In this document: positions 19,444 to 28,098 of the stretch, piece after piece | How the letters are laid out: each line of letters opens with the position of its first letter | How positions within the stretch are numbered: the first letter of the stretch is position 1 | From: Vibrio vulnificus CMCP6 | Lineage (GTDB): Bacteria; Pseudomonadota; Gammaproteobacteria; Enterobacterales; Vibrionaceae | Assembly: GCF_000039765.1 (NCBI RefSeq) | Contig: NC_004459.3 | Location: forward strand, 2,866,104-2,898,103 | Direction of reading: 5' to 3' | DNA length: 32,000 nt | Position numbers and translations under genes: made by a program | The notes under the pieces: generated by a model | Seen by the model: only the letters and a program-made list of their open reading frames with translations | The model's database searches: none | Told to the model about the DNA's origin: nothing

Positions 19444-19956
19444 ATGAAACGCTTCGTTGTTGCTCTAATGCTAGCGTCTACATCATCTTTTGCATTGGCA
19501 GCGAATGACCAATGTTTGGCCCAAAAATACGATGCGTACATCGATGCATCACTAAACTGGTATTCAGATCTTGCTGAGCTCACTAGCAGCAAATACCCAG
19601 ATTTAACCGAAGTCAGCAACTGGTTTTTAGAAGGTCGAAAACATCATTTCGAACTCAACCGAGCTGCCGTACACTATTATCTCAAACATGACCCAAGCCG
19701 AGTATCCGTCGATAAACCGATTGAAAGTTGGCTTCAGCTTGAGCAAAGTGATATTAAACAGCTGGCGAGTCGTAGCGATGAGCTTGGTGAAATTGCACAA
19801 CGCACGTTTAATGATCGCCAAGCGGCTAATCATGAGAAAAACTATGAGCTTCGCTCTGCTTTCGCCGATTTATTGAGCCATCCTCAACAGATCGACACCG
19901 CCTTGTCGCGATACAATAAAGCCATCGCAAAAGTAGACGAAGTTAAGTGTCAATAA
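19444..19956 (+). CDS. Small secreted/periplasmic protein of unknown function
   Basis: Signal peptide MKRFVVALMLASTSSFALAA, clear RBS (aaaaggaatcact). Confidence 0.6.
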   Translation: MKRFVVALMLASTSSFALAANDQCLAQKYDAYIDASLNWYSDLAELTSSKYPDLTEVSNWFLEGRKHHFELNRAAVHYYLKHDPSRVSVDKPIESWLQLEQSDIKQLASRSDELGEIAQRTFNDRQAANHEKNYELRSAFADLLSHPQQIDTALSRYNKAIAKVDEVKCQ

Positions 19957-19996
19957 GCCTTTCCCTTTCTATTCAGTAAACGATGATTTGTTAATT

Positions 19997-20020
19997 AAAA
20001 CGGGACATTGTTCCCGTTTT
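19997..20020 (+). terminator. Rho-independent-like terminator
   Basis: AAAACGGGA-cattgt-TCCCGTTTT, followed by ggttt. Confidence 0.6.
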
Positions 20021-20077
20021 GGTTTAGATTGTCTCGCTCGAACGACTAGTATAATTAAATCGATTTGTTATATGGCA

Positions 20078-21733
20078 ATGGAACAAAAAACCGCTGATGT
20101 CAGCTTTGATAGCCTACTGAAGATCTTCACTATCCCAGAGGGTCCTGATTCAACACTGACTCAAATCGAAGCAAAGCTCTCACAAAACTTAAACAAATTC
20201 CTCGGTGAACACATCGTGGCAGAAGAAAAGCCTTTACGTGAAATCGAGAAAGACTTTTCTTCTGCTCAGATCCCAGAGCGACCGTCCTTTGTCTCAGACC
20301 ATACTGAGCACCTACTCAATACTTTGGTATCGCACTCTGTGCATACGTCGTCACCCAGTTTTATCGGTCATATGACTTCTGCGCTCCCATACTTTTTGAT
20401 GCCTCTATCAAAAATCATGATTGCGCTAAACCAAAACTTGGTAAAAATCGAGACATCGAAAGCCTTTACGCCGCTCGAGCGTCAGGTTTTAGGTATGTTA
20501 CATCGCTTAATTTATTCGCAAGATGAAGCGTTTTACTCTCATTGGATGCACAGTGCAGAGCACTCCTTAGGGGCGTTTTGTTCAGGTGGAACCATCGCCA
20601 ACATCACGGCCCTTTGGGTAGCACGTAACAATGCGTTACGTGCGCAAGGCGACTTTAAAGGTGTTGAGAAAGAAGGGCTTTTCCGTGCGATGAAACACTA
20701 TGGCTACGAAGGGCTTGCGGTGTTGGTTTCTGAGCGTGGTCATTACTCGCTAAAAAAAGCCGCGGATGTTCTAGGTATTGGCCAAGCAGGCTTGGTGGCC
20801 ATCAAAACCGACGAAAACAATCGTGTTTGTCCCGATGCTCTCGAAGCGAAAATTAAAGAGTTGCAAGCGCAAAACATCAAACCATTTGCCGTCATCGGAG
20901 TAGCAGGGACAACGGAGACGGGTAGCGTCGATCCATTAGCAGAAATGGCAAAAATTTGCCAAAAATATGGCTGTCATTTCCATGTTGACGCGGCTTGGGG
21001 CGGCGCAACATTAATGTCAAACAAGTATCGCTCCCTACTCGATGGTGTTGAACTTGCCGACTCTGTGACGATTGACGCGCATAAGCAACTGTATATCCCA
21101 ATGGGCGCAGGAATGGTGCTATTCAAAGATCCTAACGCAATGAAATCGATCGAGCATCACGCTCAATATATTCTGCGGAAAGGTTCTAAAGACTTGGGTA
21201 GTCACACACTAGAAGGTTCTCGTTCAGGCATGGCAATGTTGGTTTATGCCAGCATGCATATCATCAGCCGCCCTGGCTACGAGCTGCTCATCAATCAAAG
21301 TATTGAAAAAGCAAAATACTTTGCTGATTTGATCAAACAACAGGATGATTTTGAGCTGATCTCCGAACCTGAGCTTTGTCTGCTCACCTATCGCTATATC
21401 CCAGCTCGAGTGAAACAAGCCTTAGCTGCAGCCAACGCAAAACAACAATTAGAGCTCAACGAGCTACTGAATGAACTCACCAAGTTCACTCAAAAACGCC
21501 AACGTGAGACTGGTCGCTCATTTGTATCGCGCACACGCCTTAATCCCGCACATTGGTCTCGCATGAACACCATTGTTTTCCGCGTTGTGTTGGCAAACCC
21601 ACTGACCAGCTTTGACATCCTTGCATCCGTGTTGGAAGAACAAAGAAATATCATTGTTCATCAAGCGCCAAATCTGTTGGCAAAAATCAACAAGTTAGCA
21701 GATGGCATTCTAACCAGCACTCAGTCGAGCTGA
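20078..21733 (+). CDS. panP: PLP-dependent aspartate decarboxylase (PanP-like, group II decarboxylase)
   Basis: HVDAAWGGA, DAHKQLYIPMGAG (PLP Lys), SFIGHMTSALPYF. The ORF track start lies upstream of a terminator; MEQKTADVSFDSL at 20078 (or M at 20072) is likelier. Confidence 0.85.
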   Translation: MEQKTADVSFDSLLKIFTIPEGPDSTLTQIEAKLSQNLNKFLGEHIVAEEKPLREIEKDFSSAQIPERPSFVSDHTEHLLNTLVSHSVHTSSPSFIGHMTSALPYFLMPLSKIMIALNQNLVKIETSKAFTPLERQVLGMLHRLIYSQDEAFYSHWMHSAEHSLGAFCSGGTIANITALWVARNNALRAQGDFKGVEKEGLFRAMKHYGYEGLAVLVSERGHYSLKKAADVLGIGQAGLVAIKTDENNRVCPDALEAKIKELQAQNIKPFAVIGVAGTTETGSVDPLAEMAKICQKYGCHFHVDAAWGGATLMSNKYRSLLDGVELADSVTIDAHKQLYIPMGAGMVLFKDPNAMKSIEHHAQYILRKGSKDLGSHTLEGSRSGMAMLVYASMHIISRPGYELLINQSIEKAKYFADLIKQQDDFELISEPELCLLTYRYIPARVKQALAAANAKQQLELNELLNELTKFTQKRQRETGRSFVSRTRLNPAHWSRMNTIVFRVVLANPLTSFDILASVLEEQRNIIVHQAPNLLAKINKLADGILTSTQSS

Positions 21734-21743
21734 GTCCAAACAA

Positions 21744-21782
21744 GTAACAGCAAAATGAAATTTTCTTTCGTTTTGCTGTAAC
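21744..21782 (+). terminator. Long stem-loop just downstream of panP, possible terminator
   Basis: gtaacagcaaaatgaaa pairs with tttcgttttgctgtaac; no classical T-run. Confidence 0.45.
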
Positions 21783-22043
21783 TTCGACGTCAATATTGTG
21801 CCAGACTAAGAGCAATTACGCGCTTGAACATCCAGTTTTGTAGTTTAAACAAAATTTTGTTTGAGGCTTGTCAAATTCTCACCAAATAGTATGGCTATTT
21901 GGTTTAGACCCATTGAGTAATAGGTTTATACTCATTTCATGGCGCTGATAGCCGTTTATCAATTGGGGTATGCACTTTGCCCAAGAGCAGTCGTTGCCCA
22001 ATGATAAAATCAGCGAGTTGTTCTCTATGCCCTCGTGAACACT

Positions 22044-22898
22044 ATGAACACATTAGAAAAAATTCAAAAAAATCTGGAGAATTTCAGTAAATCTGAACGC
22101 AAGGTTGCCGAAGTAATCATGGCGTCTCCACAAACAGCTATTCACTCTAGCATTGCTACATTGGCCAAAATGGCCGATGTCAGTGAGCCTACGGTTAACC
22201 GTTTTTGCCGTCGCTTGGATACGAAAGGTTTCCCTGACTTTAAACTGCACTTAGCACAGAGTCTGGCGAATGGTACCCCTTATGTAAACCGTAACGTCGA
22301 AGAAGACGATGGCCCTGACGCCTACACGCATAAGATTTTTGAATCGACTATGGCGTGCTTGGATGTTGCCAAAAATAGCTTAGATCCTATGCAAGTGAAT
22401 CGTGCTGTGGATTTGCTAACTCAAGCAAAACGCATCTCTTTCTTTGGATTAGGTGCCTCTTCTGCCGTGGCGAAAGACGCGCAAAACAAGTTTATTCGAT
22501 TTAATATCCCGATTACTTGTTTTGAAGATGTCGTGATGCAACGCATGAGTTGCATTAACTGCAGTGACAATGACGTATTTGTTCTCATCTCACATACAGG
22601 CCGCACTAAGAGCTTAGTGGAGATCGCAAATCTTGCTCGAGAGAATGGCGCAACCGTTATTGCAGTGACAGCAAAAGATTCACCTTTGGAAAAAGCGGCC
22701 TCATTAGCCATTTCTCTCGACGTACCAGAAGATACCGACGTGTATATGCCAATGGCGAGCCGTGTGGTTCAAATGACCGTTATCGATGTACTTGCGACGG
22801 GCTTTACTTTACGCCGAGGAACCGGTTTTAGAGAAAATCTCAAGCGCGTCAAAGAGGCGTTGAAAGACAGCCGATACGACAAACTTACGCATTTCTAA
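22044..22898 (+). CDS. hexR: HexR, RpiR-family transcriptional regulator
   Basis: MNTLEKIQKNLENFSKSERKVAEVIMASPQTAIHSSIATLAKMADVSEPTVNRFCRRL plus SIS domain FGLGASSAVAKDAQNKF. ORF track starts at 22035. Confidence 0.93.
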   Translation: MNTLEKIQKNLENFSKSERKVAEVIMASPQTAIHSSIATLAKMADVSEPTVNRFCRRLDTKGFPDFKLHLAQSLANGTPYVNRNVEEDDGPDAYTHKIFESTMACLDVAKNSLDPMQVNRAVDLLTQAKRISFFGLGASSAVAKDAQNKFIRFNIPITCFEDVVMQRMSCINCSDNDVFVLISHTGRTKSLVEIANLARENGATVIAVTAKDSPLEKAASLAISLDVPEDTDVYMPMASRVVQMTVIDVLATGFTLRRGTGFRENLKRVKEALKDSRYDKLTHF

Positions 22899-22942
22899 TC
22901 GCAAGCCAATTCTGGTTGAAAGCGATACTCTCAATACGAATC

Positions 22943-22970
22943 ACGGAGCCTGACGGCTCCGTTATTTTAT
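22943..22970 (+). terminator. Rho-independent terminator after hexR
   Basis: ACGGAGCC-tgac-GGCTCCGT followed by tattttat. Confidence 0.75.
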
Positions 22971-24209
22971 CTCATTCCCCATTTCGAGATTGTAGTCTTC
23001 ACTCTCGATAAACTGTGCGCATCCAGTGGCTTCTTGCTGGGTTTGCTCAGAACGCAAACGGCACTGACAAACTTGCTCCAATATATAGATCAACCTCGCT
23101 TTAGTCAGTGGCAAAGGGTTTCCTTTAATCGCAACTGAGCGCAAGGCATCTTCCGCGACCGCATCAAACGATGTCGAACAGACACCAAACTGACTCAGCT
23201 CAGGAAGCTGCAACTTATCCAAGACACCTTTAACCCATTCCACGCCTTCTAACTCACTAGCGTCACCATTTTTTGTGACCAATCGAGCCAAAGACTTATA
23301 ACGAGTGAGCACGTCGGCTCTGCCCGCTTCTCGCGCCGCCATAATATTTTCGTTCATCACATGTGGCGCGAGCTGCGCAGTGATCACACTGTGTGGTGCA
23401 TCCAGCTTTCCACCAAGGGCTGAAGCTAAACCATGAGCCGCACCTAATTTAGCATTGGTGATCGCCATTCCACCGAGCATTGCGGAAAATGCCAAGTCTG
23501 AGCGCGCTTTGTAATCATCTTGTAAGCAACCCGGAATGATAGAGTGACTTAATCGTCGTAGCCCTTCTTCACATATCATATCCGTCAGCGGATTCGGCTC
23601 ACCACAGACATAGGCTTCCATTAAATGGGTAAAGGCATCCATCGCGCCACGGCCGGATGTATAGGCATCAGTACCATAGGTGAGTGTCGGGTCGACAATC
23701 GCCACATCGGCAAGCATATCCGGACTGCGCAGACTCACTTTCACTTTATCCTGTCCCGATTTTAATACCGCATTTCGCGTCACTTCCGATCCAGTGCTGG
23801 CCGTCGTCGGAATGGCGATAAAGTGTATAGGTTGTGTTTTTAATGGCACATTTCTGCCCACCACTTCGACGTAGTCGTACACATCGCCTTGATTGGGGAT
23901 GATCGCAGCCAGCGCTTTACCCATATCAATAACACTCCCCCCACCAATAGCGACAACCATGTCTGGCTTAAACTTTCTACCTATGACGGCCGTTTCCTCC
24001 ACCATAGTAATATTAGGTTCACCACTGATCGCGACATGCTGATAACGAATATTCTGTGATTTGAAATAGCCAATAATGGGCATCGCCCTCGCAAGATCTT
24101 TTCCTGTGACCAATAAAGCACTGTAACCAAACTGACTGAGGATAGAGAGTGAGGACTGTAACGCGCCTTCGCCAAAAATAATTCGTGTTGCGGTCATAAA
24201 CTGGAACAT
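22962..24209 (-). CDS. Iron-containing (type III) alcohol dehydrogenase
   Basis: VVAIGGGSVIDMGKALA, IPTTASTGSEVTRNAV, GRGAMDAFTHLMEAYV, AAHGLASALGG. Start MFQFMTATRIIFGEGAL at 24209. Confidence 0.9.
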   Translation of the reverse strand: MFQFMTATRIIFGEGALQSSLSILSQFGYSALLVTGKDLARAMPIIGYFKSQNIRYQHVAISGEPNITMVEETAVIGRKFKPDMVVAIGGGSVIDMGKALAAIIPNQGDVYDYVEVVGRNVPLKTQPIHFIAIPTTASTGSEVTRNAVLKSGQDKVKVSLRSPDMLADVAIVDPTLTYGTDAYTSGRGAMDAFTHLMEAYVCGEPNPLTDMICEEGLRRLSHSIIPGCLQDDYKARSDLAFSAMLGGMAITNAKLGAAHGLASALGGKLDAPHSVITAQLAPHVMNENIMAAREAGRADVLTRYKSLARLVTKNGDASELEGVEWVKGVLDKLQLPELSQFGVCSTSFDAVAEDALRSVAIKGNPLPLTKARLIYILEQVCQCRLRSEQTQQEATGCAQFIESEDYNLEMGNEIK

Positions 24210-24389
24210 ACTGCATTGCCTCTTAATATTAGAAACTACGAGTAAAATCTTAGGTGTCGTTTCACTTTGCCTATCTTTGTACGTAAAAAAATTGACCAAG
24301 TGCAATTTGTTGCCAATAACCTTAATTTTTATAAGACTTTATAGCCCGCCTCACACTGCAGATTGGAAAAACTGTTTAACTCTTATTCA

Positions 24390-24404
24390 ATAGTTTTTTC
24401 CTAT
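24390..24404 (+). promoter_or_regulatory. OxyR-like half-operator upstream of grxA
   Basis: ATAGTTTTTTCCTAT matches ATAGNTNNNANCTAT at 9 of 10 specified positions. Confidence 0.4.
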
Positions 24405-24483
24405 CGAAACAACAGGCATTTGTCTCTTTATTTCCGCTTACGGATCGGGCATAGTTGCGGTATCAAAATAAAGGAGAAAGAAC

Positions 24484-24747
24484 ATGTTCGTAGTTATTTT
24501 TGGTCGTCCGGCATGCCCTTACTGTGTTCGTGCTAAAGAACACGCAGAAACTCTTAAAGCAAAGCGCGACGATTTCAACTACCGTTACGTAGACATCCAA
24601 GCGGAAGGCATTTCTAAAGCTGACCTAGAAAAAACCGTTGGCAAACCCGTTGAAACGGTTCCACAAATCTTCATCGATCAACAGCACATCGGTGGTTGTG
24701 ATGACTTCGAAGCTTACGCAAAAGAGCATCTTGGCCTGTTCGATTAA
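24484..24747 (+). CDS. grxA: Glutaredoxin 1 (GrxA family)
   Basis: MFVVIFGRPACPYCVRAKEHAETL; CPYC active site, VPQIFIDQQHIGGCDD; 87 aa; RBS aaggagaaag. Confidence 0.95.
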   Translation: MFVVIFGRPACPYCVRAKEHAETLKAKRDDFNYRYVDIQAEGISKADLEKTVGKPVETVPQIFIDQQHIGGCDDFEAYAKEHLGLFD

Positions 24748-24758
24748 TCGAATCTATG

Positions 24759-24785
24759 AAACCCGCTTCTAAGCGGGTTTTTTAT
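24759..24785 (+). terminator. Rho-independent terminator after grxA
   Basis: AAACCCGCTT-ct-AAGCGGGTTT followed by tttatt. Confidence 0.88.
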
Positions 24786-24917
24786 TGCTTTTTGTTGTCG
24801 CTGGTTCAAAACAACGTAACTAATTACAGAACTTAAAAAATTTCACTTATCTTTTATTGATATTTCGTTACAATCCGAGTTTAACCCTGTTCCTGAACCA
24901 AACTTTTGAGCGACAAC

Positions 24918-26600
24918 GTGAACATAGACGTCGTACTTCTTCTTCAACAAAATCCAATACTGCTGATTTTTGTTGTATTGGCTATTGGTCTTGCCTTTGG
25001 AAAAGTCCGTATTGCAAACATGCAATTAGGAAATTCAATTGGTGTCTTAATTACTTCACTCATCATGGGTCACTTGGGCTTCTCGTTTAATGCAGAAGCG
25101 CTCACCATTGGCTTTATGCTGTTCATTTACTGTGTTGGTATTGAGGCCGGCCCGAACTTTTTTGGTATTTTCTTCCGCGATGGAAAACACTACTTCACAC
25201 TGAGTATGGTGGTGTTGGTGACAGCGGTGTCTATCTCCTATTTTGCTAGCCACTATATGGGCCTCGATTTTGGTCTCTCTGCGGGGATGATGGCAGGCGC
25301 ATTAACGGCGACTCCGGTCTTGGTAGGTGCACAAGATGCGCTCAACTCAGGTTTGGCAACCATCCCGAGAAACATGGAGTTTTCACTGGTTTTAGAAAAC
25401 TTGTCTGTGGGTTACGCCATGGCTTACCTTGTCGGTCTTATTAGCATGATTATGTTCGCTAAATTGCTACCAAGACTGCAAAAGCAAAACCTCTCTGATT
25501 CTGCGCAGCAAATTGCTCAAGAGCGTGGTTTGGGAGGCTCTGGACAACGTAAGGTTTACCTACCGATTATTCGAGCTTACCGAGTGGGTCCAGAGCTGAT
25601 CAACTGGACTGACGGTAAAAACCTACGCGAATTGGGTATTTATCGTCAAACCGGCTGTTATATCGAACGAATTCGACGCCATGGCATCCTCGCCCATCCA
25701 GATGGTGATGCTATTTTGCAAGAAGGTGATGAAATTGCGCTGGTAGGCTTTCCCGACAGCCATGCACGTCTGGATCCAAGCTTCCGCAACGGCAAGGAAG
25801 TTTTTGACCGTAACCTTCTCGACCTTCGAATTGTCGAAGAAGAAATCGTTGTAAAAAGTGATGCGATCGCAGGCAAGCGATTATCCGATCTCAATCTATC
25901 GGAATATGGCTGTTTCCTTAACCGCGTTATCCGCGCGCAAATTGAGATGCCGATGGATCTCGATATCGTGCTTGCGAAAGGTGATATTTTACAGGTCAGT
26001 GGCGAAAAAAGCCGTGTGCATGGCCTTGCAGAGAGAATCGGCTTTATCTCGATTCACAGCCAAATCGCGGACCTACTCGCTTTCTGTAGTTTCTTTATCT
26101 TAGGCATTATGTTCGGTTTGGTCACCATGACATTTGGCCAAGTTTCTTTTAGCTTGGGCAATGCTGTCGGCCTACTGCTTTCGGGTATCACGCTAGGTTT
26201 CTTGCGAGCAAACCACCCAACGTTTGGTTATGTACCGCAAGGGGCTTTGAACATGGTTAAAGATCTAGGGCTGATGATCTTTATGGTCGGCATCGGTTTA
26301 AGTGCAGGTGGAAAAATGTTTGAACACCTGACACAAGTCGGTCCGCAGATCATTGGTATCGCGTTTTTGGTCAGTGTCGTCCCGGTCTTTTTTGCTTATT
26401 TGGTTGGGGCTTATGTGCTGAAAATGAACCGAGCACTGCTATTTGGCGCCATCATCGGTGCGAGGACATGTGCACCCGCAATGGACATTGTTAACGAGTA
26501 CGCCAAATCAACGATTCCAGCATTAGGTTATGCTGGCACTTACGCGATTGCCAATATCTTAATGACCTTAGCAGGCACCATTTTGATCATACTCAGCTAA
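24918..26600 (+). CDS. AspT/YidE-like (AAE family) putative transporter with RCK_C (TrkA-C) domains
   Basis: Polytopic membrane segments flanking soluble region [17 protein letters not shown]...[22 protein letters not shown]; GIEAGPNFF; [39 protein letters not shown] at 24918 (MNIDVVLLL) favoured over TTG 24906. Confidence 0.88.
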   Translation: MNIDVVLLLQQNPILLIFVVLAIGLAFGKVRIANMQLGNSIGVLITSLIMGHLGFSFNAEALTIGFMLFIYCVGIEAGPNFFGIFFRDGKHYFTLSMVVLVTAVSISYFASHYMGLDFGLSAGMMAGALTATPVLVGAQDALNSGLATIPRNMEFSLVLENLSVGYAMAYLVGLISMIMFAKLLPRLQKQNLSDSAQQIAQERGLGGSGQRKVYLPIIRAYRVGPELINWTDGKNLRELGIYRQTGCYIERIRRHGILAHPDGDAILQEGDEIALVGFPDSHARLDPSFRNGKEVFDRNLLDLRIVEEEIVVKSDAIAGKRLSDLNLSEYGCFLNRVIRAQIEMPMDLDIVLAKGDILQVSGEKSRVHGLAERIGFISIHSQIADLLAFCSFFILGIMFGLVTMTFGQVSFSLGNAVGLLLSGITLGFLRANHPTFGYVPQGALNMVKDLGLMIFMVGIGLSAGGKMFEHLTQVGPQIIGIAFLVSVVPVFFAYLVGAYVLKMNRALLFGAIIGARTCAPAMDIVNEYAKSTIPALGYAGTYAIANILMTLAGTILIILS

Positions 26601-26621
26601 CCAAACACACTCTTTGGATAC

Positions 26622-26648
26622 AAAAAAGGCGCTTACAAGCGCCTTTTT
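26622..26648. terminator. Bidirectional terminator between the transporter and fabV
   Basis: aaaaaaGGCGCTTacAAGCGCCttttt, between convergent genes. Confidence 0.88.
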
Positions 26649-26714
26649 CATTCTATTTGTCTGTTTCGTTGACGGTAGCACAACCCAGTTTGATGCTTTG
26701 CTACGGTATAGAAA

Positions 26715-27917
26715 CTAGATAGCAATAAAATCCGTTGCAACGTCTGGGTTAACGTCTGCTTCGTAATCTACGCCATCAATGCCGAAACCAAATAGCTTCA
26801 AGAACTCTTCTTTGTACTCAACGTAGTCAGTCAGCTCTTTTAGATTCTCAGTGGTGATTTGTGGCCATAGGTTACGGCAATGCTCTTGAATATCATCGCG
26901 CAATTCCCAATCGTCGAGGCGAAGACGGTTTTTCTCGTCCACTTCTGCCGCACTGCCATCTTCTTTATACAGACGCTGGCTAAACATGCGGTAGATCTGT
27001 TCCATACAACCTTCGTGAACGCCTTCTTCACGCATCTTTTTGAAGACCATCGCGATATACAGAGGCATCACTGGAATCGCTGAACTTGCTTGAGTCACAA
27101 CAGACTTAAGCACTGCAACATTTGCACTACCGCCAGTGGCAGAGAGTTTATCGTTCAGTGCAGACGCTGCGCGATCGAGATCCATTTTCGCTTTACCCAG
27201 CGCACCATCCCAGTAGATAGGCCAGGTTAATTCAGTACCGATGTAGCTGTAAGCAACGGTTTTACAACCGTCTGCCAACACACCCGCTTCTGCTAGCGCA
27301 TTAATCCAAAGTTCCCAATCTTCACCACCCATAACCGTTACCGTGTCTTGGATTTCCTGCTCAGTTGCAGGTTCCACACTGGCTTCAATAATGATGTCTT
27401 TGTTGGTATCAACCGCCGTTGAGGTGTAAGTTTGGCCAATAGGTTTTAGCGCTGAACGAATAAGCTCGCCCGTTTCTGGTAACTTACGAACAGGCGAAGC
27501 CAAAGAGTAAACAACCATATCCACTTGACCCAAATCTTCTTTGATTAGGTCGATTGTTTTTTGTTTTGCTTCGTTAGAAAACGCATCGCCGTTTAAGCTT
27601 TTTGCGTACAAACCTTCTTCACGAGCCAGTTTCTCAAATGCTGCGGCATTGTAAAAACCTGCGGTGCCTGGTTTCTTCTCTGAGCCTTCTTTCTCGAAGA
27701 AAACACCGATAGTGGCCGCACCACCACCGAAAGCAGCTGCAATACGAGAAGATAAGCCGTAGCCACTGGATGCACCCACAACAAGTACGCGTTTTGGTGC
27801 GTTTTTGATAGGGCCTTGTGCTTTGGTGTAAGCAATTTGTTCTTTTACATTAGCTTCACAACCCACTGGGTGCGTTGTAGTACAGATAAATCCACGAATT
27901 TTAGGTTTGATGATCAT
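26715..27917 (-). CDS. fabV: Trans-2-enoyl-ACP reductase FabV
   Basis: [60 protein letters not shown]. Confidence 0.95.
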   Translation of the reverse strand: MIIKPKIRGFICTTTHPVGCEANVKEQIAYTKAQGPIKNAPKRVLVVGASSGYGLSSRIAAAFGGGAATIGVFFEKEGSEKKPGTAGFYNAAAFEKLAREEGLYAKSLNGDAFSNEAKQKTIDLIKEDLGQVDMVVYSLASPVRKLPETGELIRSALKPIGQTYTSTAVDTNKDIIIEASVEPATEQEIQDTVTVMGGEDWELWINALAEAGVLADGCKTVAYSYIGTELTWPIYWDGALGKAKMDLDRAASALNDKLSATGGSANVAVLKSVVTQASSAIPVMPLYIAMVFKKMREEGVHEGCMEQIYRMFSQRLYKEDGSAAEVDEKNRLRLDDWELRDDIQEHCRNLWPQITTENLKELTDYVEYKEEFLKLFGFGIDGVDYEADVNPDVATDFIAI

Positions 27918-28049
27918 ATTCAACTTCCTTTAAAAAACTGTGTAAGGATAAAAGGTTCGTCGCCTATTCGCATCTAATTTCTGTAAAAATGCGCTGAAAA
28001 TGCAAGTGGTTGGAGCTCTATGCACCGATTTCTATTGCTAACCATACGA

Positions 28050-28074
28050 AAAAGCACCTCATTTGAGGTGCTTG
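28050..28074 (-). terminator. Terminator downstream of the fadE-like gene
   Basis: AAGCACCTCA-tt-TGAGGTGCTT, A-tract on the plus-strand left side. Confidence 0.65.
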
Positions 28075-28098
28075 GTTCGTCTCTTCACTGCGATGGCG

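Noticed and set aside
19988-20077. N-terminal extension of PanP (MLIKTGHCSRFGLD...)
   Set aside because: The extension overlaps the upstream terminator hairpin and has no protein-like features; the start at 20072/20078 is preferred.
21835-21862. HexR autoregulatory box (TGTARTNNNAYTACA-like) at tgtagtttaaacaaa
   Set aside because: Only the left half matches; the right half agrees at about 3 of 6 positions.
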